Positions 10,530 through 21,816 of a stretch of DNA of 64,000 nucleotides are shown one piece after another. The DNA is from Pseudogymnoascus verrucosus (taxonomy: Eukaryota). The DNA is taken from assembly GCA_001662655.1 (NCBI GenBank), contig KV460206.1; one strand, given 5' to 3'. The notes below the pieces were generated by a model. The model searched no databases. It saw only the letters and a list, made by a program, of their open reading frames with translations, and had not been told where the DNA came from. Position numbers and translations under genes: made by a program. The first letter of the stretch is position 1; the number at the start of each line of letters is the position of its first letter.

Positions 10530-12539
10530 ATGTCTGCGTACGTTGACCCCGCCAAACCTCACTCCCACCCCCATGACAATATACTAACTGGCCCCAGCAT
10601 CGGTATCGATTTGGGTACCACCTACTCGTGCGTGGGTATCTTCAGAGATGACCGCATTGAGATCATTGCCAACGACCAGGGCAACCGCACAACCCCCTCG
10701 TTCGTTGCCTTCACTGACACCGAGCGTCTGATCGGTGATGCCGCCAAGAACCAAGTCGCCATGAACCCAACCAACACCGTCTTCGACGCCAAGCGTCTGA
10801 TCGGTCGCAAGTTCGCCGACGCTGAGGTCCAGGCCGACATGAAGCACTTCCCCTTCAAGATCATCGACAAGGGCGGCAAGCCAGTTTGCCAGGTCGAGTT
10901 CAAGGGCGAGACCAAGGACTTCACACCCGAGGAGATCTCCTCCATGATCCTCGTCAAGATGCGCGAGACTGCTGAGGCCTACCTCGGCGGAACCGTCAAC
11001 AACGCTGTTGTCACCGTCCCAGCTTACTTCAACGACTCCCAGCGTCAGGCTACCAAGGATGCCGGTCTCATTGCCGGACTCAACGTCCTCCGTATCATCA
11101 ACGAGCCTACAGCCGCTGCCATTGCTTACGGTCTCGACAAGAAGGTCGAGGGTGAGCGCAACGTCCTGATCTTCGATCTTGGTGGTGGAACTTTCGATGT
11201 CTCTCTCCTCACCATCGAGGAGGGTATCTTCGAGGTCAAGTCCACTGCCGGTGACACTCACTTGGGTGGTGAGGATTTCGACAACCGTCTCGTTAACCAC
11301 TTCGTCAACGAGTTCAAACGCAAGCACAAGAAGGACCTCTCTTCCAATGCTCGTGCCCTCCGTCGTCTCCGCACAGCATGCGAGCGTGCCAAGCGCACTC
11401 TTTCGTCCTCTGCCCAGACCTCCATCGAGATCGACTCTCTCTTCGAGGGTGTTGACTTCTACACCTCAATCACCCGTGCCCGCTTTGAGGAGCTGTGCCA
11501 GGATCTCTTCCGCTCCACTCTCCAGCCCGTCGACCGTGTCCTCTCAGACGCCAAGCTCGACAAGACCAAGGTTCACGAGATCGTCCTCGTCGGAGGTTCC
11601 ACCCGTATCCCAAGAATCCAGAAGCTCATCACCGACTACTTCAACGGCAAGGAGCCCAACAAGTCCATCAACCCTGATGAGGCTGTCGCCTATGGTGCTG
11701 CCGTGCAGGCAGCAATTCTCTCTGGTGACACCTCGTCGAAGTCCACCAACGAGATCCTCCTTTTGGATGTCGCTCCTCTGTCTCTCGGTATTGAGACTGC
11801 CGGTGGTATCATGACCCCTCTCATCAACCGCAACACCACCATCCCAACCAAGAAGTCCGAGGTCTTCTCCACCTTCTCCGACAACCAGCCTGGTGTCCTG
11901 ATCCAGGTCTTCGAGGGTGAGCGCAAGCGCACCAAGGACAACAACCTGATGGGCAAGTTCGAGCTCACCGGTATCCCACCCGCACCCCGTGGTGTTCCCC
12001 AAATCGAGGTCACCTTCGATCTCGATGCCAACGGAATCATGAACGTCTCCGCGCTCGAGAAGGGCACCGGAAAGAGCAACAAGATCGTCATCACCAACGA
12101 CAAGGGCCGTCTTTCCCAGGAGGAGATCGAGCGCATGTTGGCCGAGGCCGAGAAGTACAAGGCTGAGGATGAGGCCGAGGCTGGACGCATCGGCGCCAAG
12201 AACGCTCTTGAGTCGTACGCCTACTCCCTCAAGAACACCCTCTCCGACGCCAAGGTCGACGAGAAGCTCGACGCCGAGGACAAGGCCAACCTCAAGGCCG
12301 AGATCGACAAGACCGTCTCCTGGTTGGACGAGTCCCAGCAGGCCACCAAGGAGGAGTACGAGGAGCACCAGAAGGAGCTCGAGGCCGTCGCCAACCCTAT
12401 TATGATGAAATTCTACGGATCGGAAGGCGGTGCCCCAGGCGGCATGCCCGGTGCTGGTGGACCCGGTGGCTTCCCAGGAGGCGCCGGCGGCCCAGGTGCC
12501 ACCCACGACGACGGCCCAACTGTCGAGGAGGTCGACTAA
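10530..12539 (+). CDS. HSP70: Cytosolic Hsp70 (SSA-type); exon 1 10530-10537, intron 10538-10597, ~649 aa
   Basis: [33 protein letters not shown] and C-terminal GPTVEEVD. Removing the GTACGT..CTAAC..CAG intron gives MSAIGIDLG. Confidence 0.98.
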   Translation: MSAYVDPAKPHSHPHDNILTGPSIGIDLGTTYSCVGIFRDDRIEIIANDQGNRTTPSFVAFTDTERLIGDAAKNQVAMNPTNTVFDAKRLIGRKFADAEVQADMKHFPFKIIDKGGKPVCQVEFKGETKDFTPEEISSMILVKMRETAEAYLGGTVNNAVVTVPAYFNDSQRQATKDAGLIAGLNVLRIINEPTAAAIAYGLDKKVEGERNVLIFDLGGGTFDVSLLTIEEGIFEVKSTAGDTHLGGEDFDNRLVNHFVNEFKRKHKKDLSSNARALRRLRTACERAKRTLSSSAQTSIEIDSLFEGVDFYTSITRARFEELCQDLFRSTLQPVDRVLSDAKLDKTKVHEIVLVGGSTRIPRIQKLITDYFNGKEPNKSINPDEAVAYGAAVQAAILSGDTSSKSTNEILLLDVAPLSLGIETAGGIMTPLINRNTTIPTKKSEVFSTFSDNQPGVLIQVFEGERKRTKDNNLMGKFELTGIPPAPRGVPQIEVTFDLDANGIMNVSALEKGTGKSNKIVITNDKGRLSQEEIERMLAEAEKYKAEDEAEAGRIGAKNALESYAYSLKNTLSDAKVDEKLDAEDKANLKAEIDKTVSWLDESQQATKEEYEEHQKELEAVANPIMMKFYGSEGGAPGGMPGAGGPGGFPGGAGGPGATHDDGPTVEEVD

Positions 12540-13279
12540 GCGCCAGGTTTCTTCGGAATGGTTCAATTATAAAGCTTTCGGTGTTCACTGGGGTCATCAT
12601 GAATTGTAGACTTTTTATCTGCGGGTTTTTGCGTTTCCTTTACACTATGACGATACGATAAAAAGCTGGTGCAAAGACAAGAGATTTTTTTGTACTTGTG
12701 TATCTTTGGGCTGCCGATAGGGCGGTTTCCATAATGAAAGTCGTTAAATTTATATATGCTGTTCCTTGTGCACTTGTGATGTGAATGGTTATTGAAATGT
12801 TCGAACTCTTTATTCTATAAATGCTAGTAACTAACAACACTCGATCAACAACAGCCACCACCCCGTATGATTCTTGTTTATTTTCTCAGTGCAAGGGGGT
12901 TTTAAGGCACGGTTCCCAAACGGCGTGGGGGAATTTATAGACTAGCTAGTTGAGGCTTTTATAGGAGCTGTAAATAAAATATTATGAATATTTAAAACAT
13001 TTCAAAAAGCTAACCTCCCTCTCATAGCCGTTTCATGCCCCAAAACATACTACCTACACAGTATTCATTATATACACGACATTGAAATAACCATGGGATT
13101 TTCTTGAACTAGAAAATATATAAAGGGGCTCTCATTGTAATACGCTGTCCGTACCTAACGTCGTTCACAGGTAGTCCCATAGATAACACGTGTATGGACG
13201 TATTTGCATTCGCTCAATTCATTTCTGTCAGAACATTGATACCATAATGATGGTGATATACGTTTTTTCTATCGAGTGG

Positions 13280-13470
13280 CACTAGCTGTTACTGTCGGTG
13301 CTTGCTGTCACTGTCGCTGCCTGCTGTCGCCACTACTTGCTGTCACTATCGCTGCTTGCTGTCGCTACTTACTGTACCTTGTTAGCGTCACTACGTGCTG
13401 TTGCTGCTTACTGTTGTCGTCGCCGTTGATGTTGCTGTCGCTGCTCCTCGCTGCTACCGTTGTGGCTTGC
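13280..13470 (-). repeat. Degenerate ~19-bp minisatellite (GACAGCAAGCAGCGAYAGT on the minus strand)
   Basis: Plus strand GCTTGCTGTCACTGTCGCTGCCTGCTGTCGCCACTACTTGCTGTCACTATCGCTGCTTGCTGTCGC; same motif family as the 6.3-8.0 kb arrays. Confidence 0.75.
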
Positions 13471-14103
13471 TATGTTACAACGGATTGTTGGAGGAGGACA
13501 TGCTGGCACAAAAAATCTATCAAACTCCAGTCTCCCTCCACTGGTCTAAACAGCTTGATGGCACTACCACAATCGAGAACAAGGACTCTGTGGAGTTGGC
13601 TTTCGCTGTAATAATCACCATCATTCCGGGCAGAGATTTCCCAAGTGAAAACAACGGGCAAGTGAATTTCAAGCTATAAGGTTAACGTCCCGCCGAGGCT
13701 ACTAATAAACGGCGTTTAGATTTAATTAATATCAGCCTATGCTATAATAGATGCATATATCATCAATAGAAAATATAGCATGTATTTGGTTTTACCAAAA
13801 AAGCATTTGTAGAGCGAGTTAAGGCACCTATCAGTGTTGCATCGTTGATCCTCATCTCCCGTACCGTAGCGCCGATACCTGTTGAGGGGTTCCCGTTTGG
13901 TGGCACTGCCGCGAGCCTTTCCCGACCCTCTCACCAAATCTTCAGCCTCGCACAGCATTTCTTCACTGTTCATACGCATCCTCCCGAATCACGACTTCTG
14001 CATTAATCTGCCACTGATTTAACATCGTCTCTTCAACTAGCAACTCGCTCAAGATGACCACATCCTAGATCTCGAGCGTTGATTGCGAGTTGAGTGACGA
14101 GGG

Positions 14104-16167
14104 ATGCCGCGTCTCAACAATACTTCGCGGGCAGCGCGACCCTGGACAATCACAGATACATATGGTGAGGGCTGACATCCCCTTTGAACGGACTCATTGT
14201 GCTATGGGATATAGCTGACGAGAAATTATGTAGGATTTATAGCGACATATCTCTCGATTTCGCCCGGACATGGGCACCCGTCACGATTACTTCGTAGCCG
14301 ATTGCCAACTTTTTCACGATCTTACAGGAATGCATCATATATACCCATACTTGCGAATCAATTACTCGACAACTCTCCCCAGGCGAAACTGCGAGATGGC
14401 ATACCAGGCCGCTCTCTGCAGATAAGCCAGCGCGACTGCCTTCTCCCTCGCTCCCAGCGCCGTCACTTCCACAACTACTTCGTCACACACCTTCCCTCCA
14501 GTTCTCTGCACCCGGACTCCCGCTCTCCCCACCACAAACTCCCCCGCGCGGCCTCAATCCCACACACGGGTGCTAGCCCACCCCCAACAGCCGTCCCGCC
14601 CTTAGCTAGCTCGTCACGCGACCTCACGGTTGTACGCATCCCAATCCAGAGCGCGAAGCACCACTTCGGTGCGAAGACATCTCGTGGCACGCGCCCCTAT
14701 AATGAGGACCGCTTCGAGGCTGGCACGATTGAGATTCCGGCCTTCGCGAACCGCGCACCGATCAGTTTGACCCGCAGCGATACCGGGTCTGGGCAAGGAC
14801 CCGAGGCGACATCGGCGGACAGCGCGAGCGGGGACCCGCAGGTGTTTTACTTTGGGGTGTTTGATGGGCATGGCGGGTCGGAGTGCTCGGAGTTTTTGAA
14901 GCAGGATTTGCATCATTATGTGGAGGATGCGGCGAAGCAGTTTGGGCTGCAGTCGAGCTTGAAGAGGAGCCCGGATTCCATGGAGGATCCGGCGATGGGG
15001 ATCGCGGTGCCCGAGGTGAAAGTTGCGACTGAGGGGGAGCTGTCGAAGGAGGGGAGGAAGAGCTTGAATGCCGTGGCTATGAAGACGAAGGAGGAGACGA
15101 AGCCAGCTGATACGAGGAGCCCCAAGGAACAGGTAGCGCAGCGTCCGCCGGATGCTGAGCGCCTCAAGTCTGAGGACCCGCTGAAGCAGCGGATGGATAA
15201 GCCGAAAGCTCTCGAGCTAGAGGCATCTCTGCTTGATCAGTGGAAGAGCACAGTTGGGGGATATTTCCGGCGATTCAAACCGGACTACTTCGATGTTAAG
15301 GTCAAGTACCAGCACCGGAACCATAAGACAACCAACGAGCCCGCCAGCCCGGAAACACCACCCTCTATCGAGACAGTGCTCATGTATGCATTCCTCCGCT
15401 GCGACCTTGACTTCGTCATTGCGCAGGCCTCCAAGCCTGACAAAGAATCAATCTCCGACCTCCCCCTCAATCATGACGAGATCCTCGGCCGCCCCTCCCA
15501 AGCCGCCCACAACATCGGTGGCCCAACCCGCTTCAAAGGCGGCTCAACTGCCTCTATTGCCATGGTCTCAACCCCAAGCCCAACACCCTTCTGGCACCCG
15601 AGCTCGCCCTCCACTCTCCTCGTCGCCCACGTCGGGGACACGCGCATTCTCCTCTGCGACACGGCGACAGGTCTTGCCATCCCCACGACAACTAACCACC
15701 ACCCTAGCTCACCTATCGAGAGTACGCGCCTGCACCGCTACGCTGCGACATTTGTGACCGACTCCTTCGGCGAGGAGCGCATGTCTGGGCTGGCTAACAC
15801 GCGCGCCTTTGGCGACATGAAGTCGAAACGCATCGGCGTCAGCGCCGAGCCAGAGATCGTGCGCGTTGCGCTCGCGCCGGCGCAGTACAGCTTCGTCGTG
15901 CTGGTGTCGGATGGGGTGTCTGGGACACTGACGGACCAGGAGATTGTGGATATAGTGAAAGAGGCGAAGACGCCGGAGCAGGGCGCGCAGGATGTCGTGA
16001 CATTCGCAACCGAGACGACCAAGGACGGCGATAATGCGACGTGCCTTGTTGTGCGTCTTGGGGGGTGGGAGAGAAGGGCCGAGGGCGGCTCAGGGAGTTT
16101 GGGAACGAAGGAAATGAGGGATTTCAGGAGGCAGGAGGCCACCGATCCCAGGCGCAATAGGAGATAA
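14104..16167 (+). CDS. PTC6: Mitochondrial-type protein phosphatase 2C (Ptc6/Aup1-like); exon 1 14104-14164, intron 14165-14233, ~664 aa
   Basis: PP2C motifs 'SRGTRPYNEDR', 'FGVFDGHGG', 'VAHVGDTR', 'LANTRAFGD', 'LVSDGV', 'DNAT'. The upstream ATG exon splices in frame via GTGAGG..GCTGAC..TAG. Confidence 0.85.
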
Positions 16168-16433
16168 GGGTAACATGGTTGTGATATAGGGGACGTGGCG
16201 TTTGCACACGATGATTTTTTGGAAACTGGCGGCATTATACACAACGCTTGATTTCTAGGTGAGCAGATACGCTTCAATATACATAAACCGTACACGACAT
16301 ATACTCTGTATTCGGCAGTGGTGATTTCCCATGCTCTCCCCAAAAGTGACGACACCCAATGTTATGCCATCTGGACAATCCAAAATATACACTCCGAACA
16401 CCACATACTTATCATACAACCCGTATCTCACCC

Positions 16434-17105
16434 CTATACCGTCCCCCCATTCCTTCCCTCCCTCCTCTTCCTCTCCCTAACATTCCACTCCTCATCACTC
16501 TCGCCCGGCAACAACTCCTCCACCCCCTCCGAAAACGCCTCCCCCCACTCCATCTTCTTCTCCCTCCCCTCCCACACATCCTCGCTACTCGGCCCAACCT
16601 TATACTTCAACGCTTTCTTCCGATAATGCTCCTTAATCATATCCTCCCGCTGCCCCGCATAGCTCTTCGACCTCATGCAGAACCAGAAACTCTTCCAGTG
16701 GTCGCTGCATGACTGCATCCCGCCGTACCGGTACACGGCGTTGAATTGGCCGCCTAGCGATTGGCAGTAGAATGCTGCGTCGAAGGCGTCGCGGCAGGAC
16801 ATGGTCGTTGGGTATAGCGAGTCTTCGACGTTGAGCTCACCGTCGGGAGCTGTGGCGGGAGTGCCCTCCGTGGGGGCTCGGGGGGTGCGTCTGAATATGG
16901 GTTTTTTGGGCGCGGAGGCCTTATTCTCGGCATCGAACTCGGCCAGTGCGGCTTGTAGGTCTTGCTCGGCGAGCTGGGCGGGTGTGAGTGGTTGAGAGGG
17001 GGTGGTTGCGGGAGGCGGCGCTTGTTTTGTTGAGGTGGTTTGAGGTTGGGAAGTCGGCGCTGCAGCATCAGCTGGCGTGGCCGCGGAACTCCATAACCAG
17101 CCCAT
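16434..17105 (-). CDS. EMI1: EMI1/DUF3128-like twin-CX9C protein, 223 aa
   Basis: 'MSCRDAFDAAFYCQSLGGQFNAVYRYGGMQSCSDHWKSFWFCMR' (two CX9C) and 'GPSSEDVWE'; MGWLW start. Confidence 0.8.
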   Translation of the reverse strand: MGWLWSSAATPADAAAPTSQPQTTSTKQAPPPATTPSQPLTPAQLAEQDLQAALAEFDAENKASAPKKPIFRRTPRAPTEGTPATAPDGELNVEDSLYPTTMSCRDAFDAAFYCQSLGGQFNAVYRYGGMQSCSDHWKSFWFCMRSKSYAGQREDMIKEHYRKKALKYKVGPSSEDVWEGREKKMEWGEAFSEGVEELLPGESDEEWNVRERKRREGRNGGTV

Positions 17106-17197
17106 TGTTGCGGTTATAGGATGGATTGGTGAGAGGTTATTGCGGTTGATATTGGGATGAGGCTGAAGCTATCTCGGAAATTCTTGGGTTTTATGAG

Positions 17198-17210
17198 ATA
17201 TCACGTGATC
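17198..17210. promoter_or_regulatory. E-box ATATCACGTGAT in the 310-bp divergent EMI1/YME2 promoter
   Basis: Sequence ATATCACGTGATC between head-to-head starts at 17105 and 17416. Confidence 0.5.
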
Positions 17211-17415
17211 CACGAGTATGAGCTTCAGCCTTGCGGTGGAGATATGACCTCATGTGGTAAATAGTACCTTGGGTAAACCTGTGCTGGCTTGCTGTAGACC
17301 CTGAATCCCACGAATCTCATATCAAAAGAGAAACATATTCTTTCTGTGGCTACCTGTTCTTTCGCGCCATGCGATCTGAGCTGTAAAGGCACATCAGATC
17401 GCGGCTGTCAGCAAG

Positions 17416-20032
17416 ATGAGCGTCCCCGCCAGGCGCGCGGTGTTCAATCCCACCAGCATCCCGGAATTGAGACCGCGACGAGCCTATATCCAGCCGGCGA
17501 GGACGATACCAGGACGACCGCCTGCAGGGAGGCCGAAGAATTGGTCATGGAGGGTTGTGAGGAAGGAGAGTACGGAGGTGGGGGAGAATCACTCGGGGCA
17601 CATTGAGGCGCATACCAACGAGGGCATTCTCTTCTTCGATAGTAAGCCCCAAACCCATCCCTGCGCCTATGATAACAGACTAACAGCCTCTAGGTATATT
17701 TCCGCTGCGATTTAACTTTGGGATGCACATGAGACTGCCATTTTTTAGGCATCGAAACTTACCAGAGCTCCTCGAGCGCTTCAACTCCGCGTCGCTCCAG
17801 GCATTGGATCCTATGGTTATGGTTAAGCGTGCTATACCAGCCAATGTACCCATAACAGTGACGGAGATCCTGCCCCGTATCAAAGACGGCGGCGCGTTCG
17901 TCAAGTTCTCACACCCGGATGGCGTCTCGTCGCAAGAAGTCGAGAGTCTCATCATCGGGTACTTGAAGGAGAAGTACGTCCGGCCGTGGTTCAACCCGAT
18001 GCGGCCTATGAAGGCGAATCTCGTCCGCGGTGTACCCTGGCTGGAAGATCTCCACCGCTTCCCGAGCTCAAGAATCAAAGTTGAGTTCGCACCCACGAAG
18101 CCGGGAGGTGAGGCGGCAGAGCTATCGCAGGAGACCCTGTACAGTCTATTCCGTCGCTACGGGATGCTTGCCGAGATCTCCTCGCAGCCTGCAGACTCGA
18201 AGGTCCTGCCTAGGTTTGCGACCTTGGACTTTGCGCGTCTGCGCAATGCGGTCATGGCGAGGAACTGCATGCATGGGTTTAAAGTCTTGGAAGAGGCTGG
18301 AGGAGGGGTCGGCGGGACACAGCTGCGGTTGTCGTATGAGCAGAAGATTAAGGCACATATGATACGCGACTGGGTTGTGGGACACCCCAGGATTTTCATT
18401 CCCCTTATGGCGGCGCTCCTGGGTACGCTCGCTGTTGCCGTATTTGATCCGATCCGCACCTTCTTCATCAAAGCTCGTGTCACGCATTCTCTAAAGATCA
18501 GGGATTCGAGGATATACAAGTGGTTCAGCAGCCAAGCAAAGGACATGTTCACGTTTAAGAAGCGCAATGTTGAAGAGGCAGGGCTGGGCGCTATCTGGGA
18601 TGACCGCAGGAAACTCATTGACCAGCTCCAGACTTGGATGATGGAGACCACGGATACATTCATTATTGTGCAGGGCCCGCGTGGTTCCGGAAAGAGGGAA
18701 TTGGTGCTCGATCAGGCATTGAAGGACCGCAGGAACGTCCTACTCATCGACTGCAAGCCTATCCAGGAAGCTCGTGGCGATTCTGCGACGATCAACTCTA
18801 TTGCACAACAAGTTGGCTATCGACCCGTGTTTTCTTGGATGAACAGCTTCAGCAGCTTGATCGATTTGGCTGCACAAGGCACAATCGGTGTGAAGTCTGG
18901 CTTCTCGGAGACGCTGGATACACAGCTGGGCAAGATCTTATCAAACACTGCTACGGCACTGAAGCAAATCGGCCTCGAAGACCGGGATAAGCACGACAAG
19001 GATGCCTCAATGACCGATGACGATTACCTCGAATCCCACCCAGAACGTAGACCAACAATTGTCATCGACAACTTCCTGCACAAGAACGAAGATTCATCGG
19101 TCGTCTACGACAAAATCGCTGAGTGGGCAGCAGGTCTAACCACGGCAAACATTGCGCATGTTATCTTCCTTACCAACAACATCTCATACTCCAAGTCCCT
19201 CGGCCGTGCCCTCCCAGACCGTGTCTTCCGCCAAATCGCCCTGGGAGACATCACCCCAGCTGCTGCAAAGCGCTTCGTTATCACTCACCTCGACAGCGAA
19301 GAAGATCCCACCGGCACGGACTCCAAGCTCTCCGAGGGCCAACGTCGCCGAGACCTTTCCGAGCTGGATGCCTGCATAGACGTCCTCGGCGGCCGACTAA
19401 CAGACCTCGAATTCCTTGCCCGCAGACTTAAGACAGGACAATCGCCACAGAAAGCCGTGGAGGAGATCATCGAGCAGTCCGCTAGCGAAATCATGAAGAT
19501 CTTCCTACTGGCCGCGCGTACCAACGACCGCGAAGACCGCACCTGGAGTCCCGAGCAGGCCTGGTTCCTGATCGAGCAGCTGGCCAAGGCCGAGGCGCTG
19601 CGCTACAACGAGGTGCTCCTCTCGAATACATTCGCGTCATCGCTGACGCCGTCGGCGAGCAATGGGGAGGCTGTCCTAAACGCGCTGGCCCAGGCGGAGC
19701 TCATCTCTATCAAGACTGCCAAGGGACGCCCTGAGAGCATCAGGCCGGGGAAACCAGTGTACCAAGCTGCATTTAAGATACTGACCGAGGACAAGGTGCT
19801 AAAGGCGCGGATGAACCTGGCGGTATTGACGGAGCTGTCGAAGATTGAGGGGAAGAGTATTGATAAGTGTGAGGCGGAGCTGGCGCTGATTGCGGGGATG
19901 CCGAGGGTACCGCCGCAGGTGGCGCCGAGGGTGGAATATCTGCTTGGGAAGGTGGAAGCGAGCCAGAGGAAGGTGGAGCAGTGGGATAGGGAGATGGGGG
20001 GGTTGAAGAGGGTGCTTATGCGGGAATACTAG
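17416..20032 (+). CDS. YME2: Mitochondrial escape protein 2 (Yme2/RNA12); exon 1 17416-17641, intron 17642-17693, ~854 aa
   Basis: 'EGILFFDSIFPL', 'PRIKDGGAFVKF', RRM-like 'LSQETLYSLFRRYG', TM 'HPRIFIPLMAALLG..FDPIRTFFIK', Walker A 'GPRGSGKRE', 'VLGGRLTDLEFL'. Confidence 0.92.
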
Positions 20033-20386
20033 AGTGGAGTTGGGTCGTGGGATGAGGGGAATGATAATCCCCACTCGGTTCTTTGAGATAAGTATTTGTA
20101 TATATGTACAGTATAGTACAGGAGATATGTATTTGGGGACAAATTTAACATTGTGATTATACCCCTAGAAAGTGGGTTTACGAAGTGAACCGGGCAAAAT
20201 GAGGAAGCCATAATAGGAACGCCCATCAAGGAGGGAACCCAACCCAGACTACTCTGTGCTTATTTTCGACGAAAGTGTATATTTTCTAGACATTGTCCAG
20301 ATTGCGATAGAGAAAATGGATGACCCCATCGAATGTCTCCGATACGATGGCCGGGAAACACTAGACTGGTGAATAGCTATTTGGCG

Positions 20387-20525
20387 GTGAGAGGGCAGAT
20401 GTGAGAAGGCAGATGTGAGAAGGCAGAGGTGAGAAGGCAGAGGTGAGGAGAAGACAGAGGTGAGGAGAAGTCAGAGGTGAGTAGAAGACAGAGGTGAGAA
20501 GAAGACGGAGGTGAGAAGTCACAGG
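20387..20525 (+). repeat. Purine-rich minisatellite; 14-bp unit GTGAGAAGGCAGA(T/G) grading into 17-bp GTGAGGAGAAGACAGAG
   Basis: About 9 consecutive imperfect units; a similar purine array AGAAGGTGGGAAGGT lies at ~7238-7295. Confidence 0.85.
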
Positions 20526-21816
20526 AGAGAAAACTACGTGGGCGAGAATTCTGCACTGGCGAACTTGTTGGAGGTCACCCAAAGTTAGTTCTGCGAATAT
20601 CCCGAGTGCGGCTGTGCTGTTGAACTTGAATATCAACTCTGTGGGACCACCAGCGCGAGAATTTATTCCGTAAGCTCGGCCACTCTCAGAGTCTCCCCCG
20701 TGAACATCGTACTCCTGCTACTATCGTTGATCGTAGACTTTTTCAGTTCTGCCGTTCAGGGGATGCACCAATAATACCCCAGATAGATATTAGCACCACT
20801 AACTAATATTGAAGCTTCCACTTATCATATCACAGAGCAAGGAATCAGATCCGTTCTCACTGTGAGCGAGACTTAGGATTGAGTTGTATCGTTTGATATC
20901 TCAGATTTAGTACCTAGGAAAGCAGTCCGTAGTCTTCGCGAGCAAAGACATGAATGACATAACTTACGAAGTACTTTTCATCTCCGCTTGCATAAAATTA
21001 TATATGGTTTGAGCTGAACCAACTTGAAAGGGAAGGGGGCCCCAACCACAACCAGTATCATCGTTATGTCTCCTAATTGGGGTTTGGCATGAGTTGATTA
21101 ACTCGGGGCGCCAGCACATTAGGCGTTGGGCCTAAATCTTTCAATTATTCGACGGTTTGGGCAGACCCCTACGTGGGCTTCCCGTATTCGGCAATATCCT
21201 CAAACAACCTCGCTGGCACCGACAACATATCGCCTGTTGCCAGCATTGACTACTCCGCTTATCGTCTAGATCTGGTTAGGTTAGGACTACCCGCCCGCCG
21301 TTATATTAGCCCGCACAGGAGTTACCTCCGCACAGACTGATAACTCGGCAATTTCCTCTCCTAATCCACACTGCGTCCTTTGTCTCATCCTATCAACACA
21401 TGGCAACACATGGCAACACGCGGCCACAAATAGATCTTGGATCATCATTCCCTTGTTTAGATGAACTTGTCACTGTGGAAACGCCTTAGTACCCTTGGCA
21501 CCTTCCCGAGGGACTTCTATGGGTTGATCTAGACCTGGGGGTTTGTTTGCGGATCATGGTTCTGCCGTCCTGGATCCCTTGCTGACGGTTTCATAGTCTA
21601 TACATAGTAAAACGCCAAATTTTTGACTATTTTACTCTTCTCTCCTTCTCTCCTTCTCTCCTTCTCTTCTTTCTCTTAATTTCAATCTCCTCTGTCTTGT
21701 GTTTCCTGTGTTTCTTATTCCTTGCGATGGTAACGTAATAACTACTAATTCTAGTCTGGTGTCATCCTTTTTTCCAATCATACTTTAGACAAACTAGGAC
21801 ATTCACCTAAATCAAA

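Noticed and set aside
10584..12566. Long antisense ORFs (247 and 340 aa) opposite Hsp70
   Set aside because: Well-known shadow ORFs produced by Hsp70 codon bias (historically mis-called an antisense glutamate dehydrogenase); no independent motifs.
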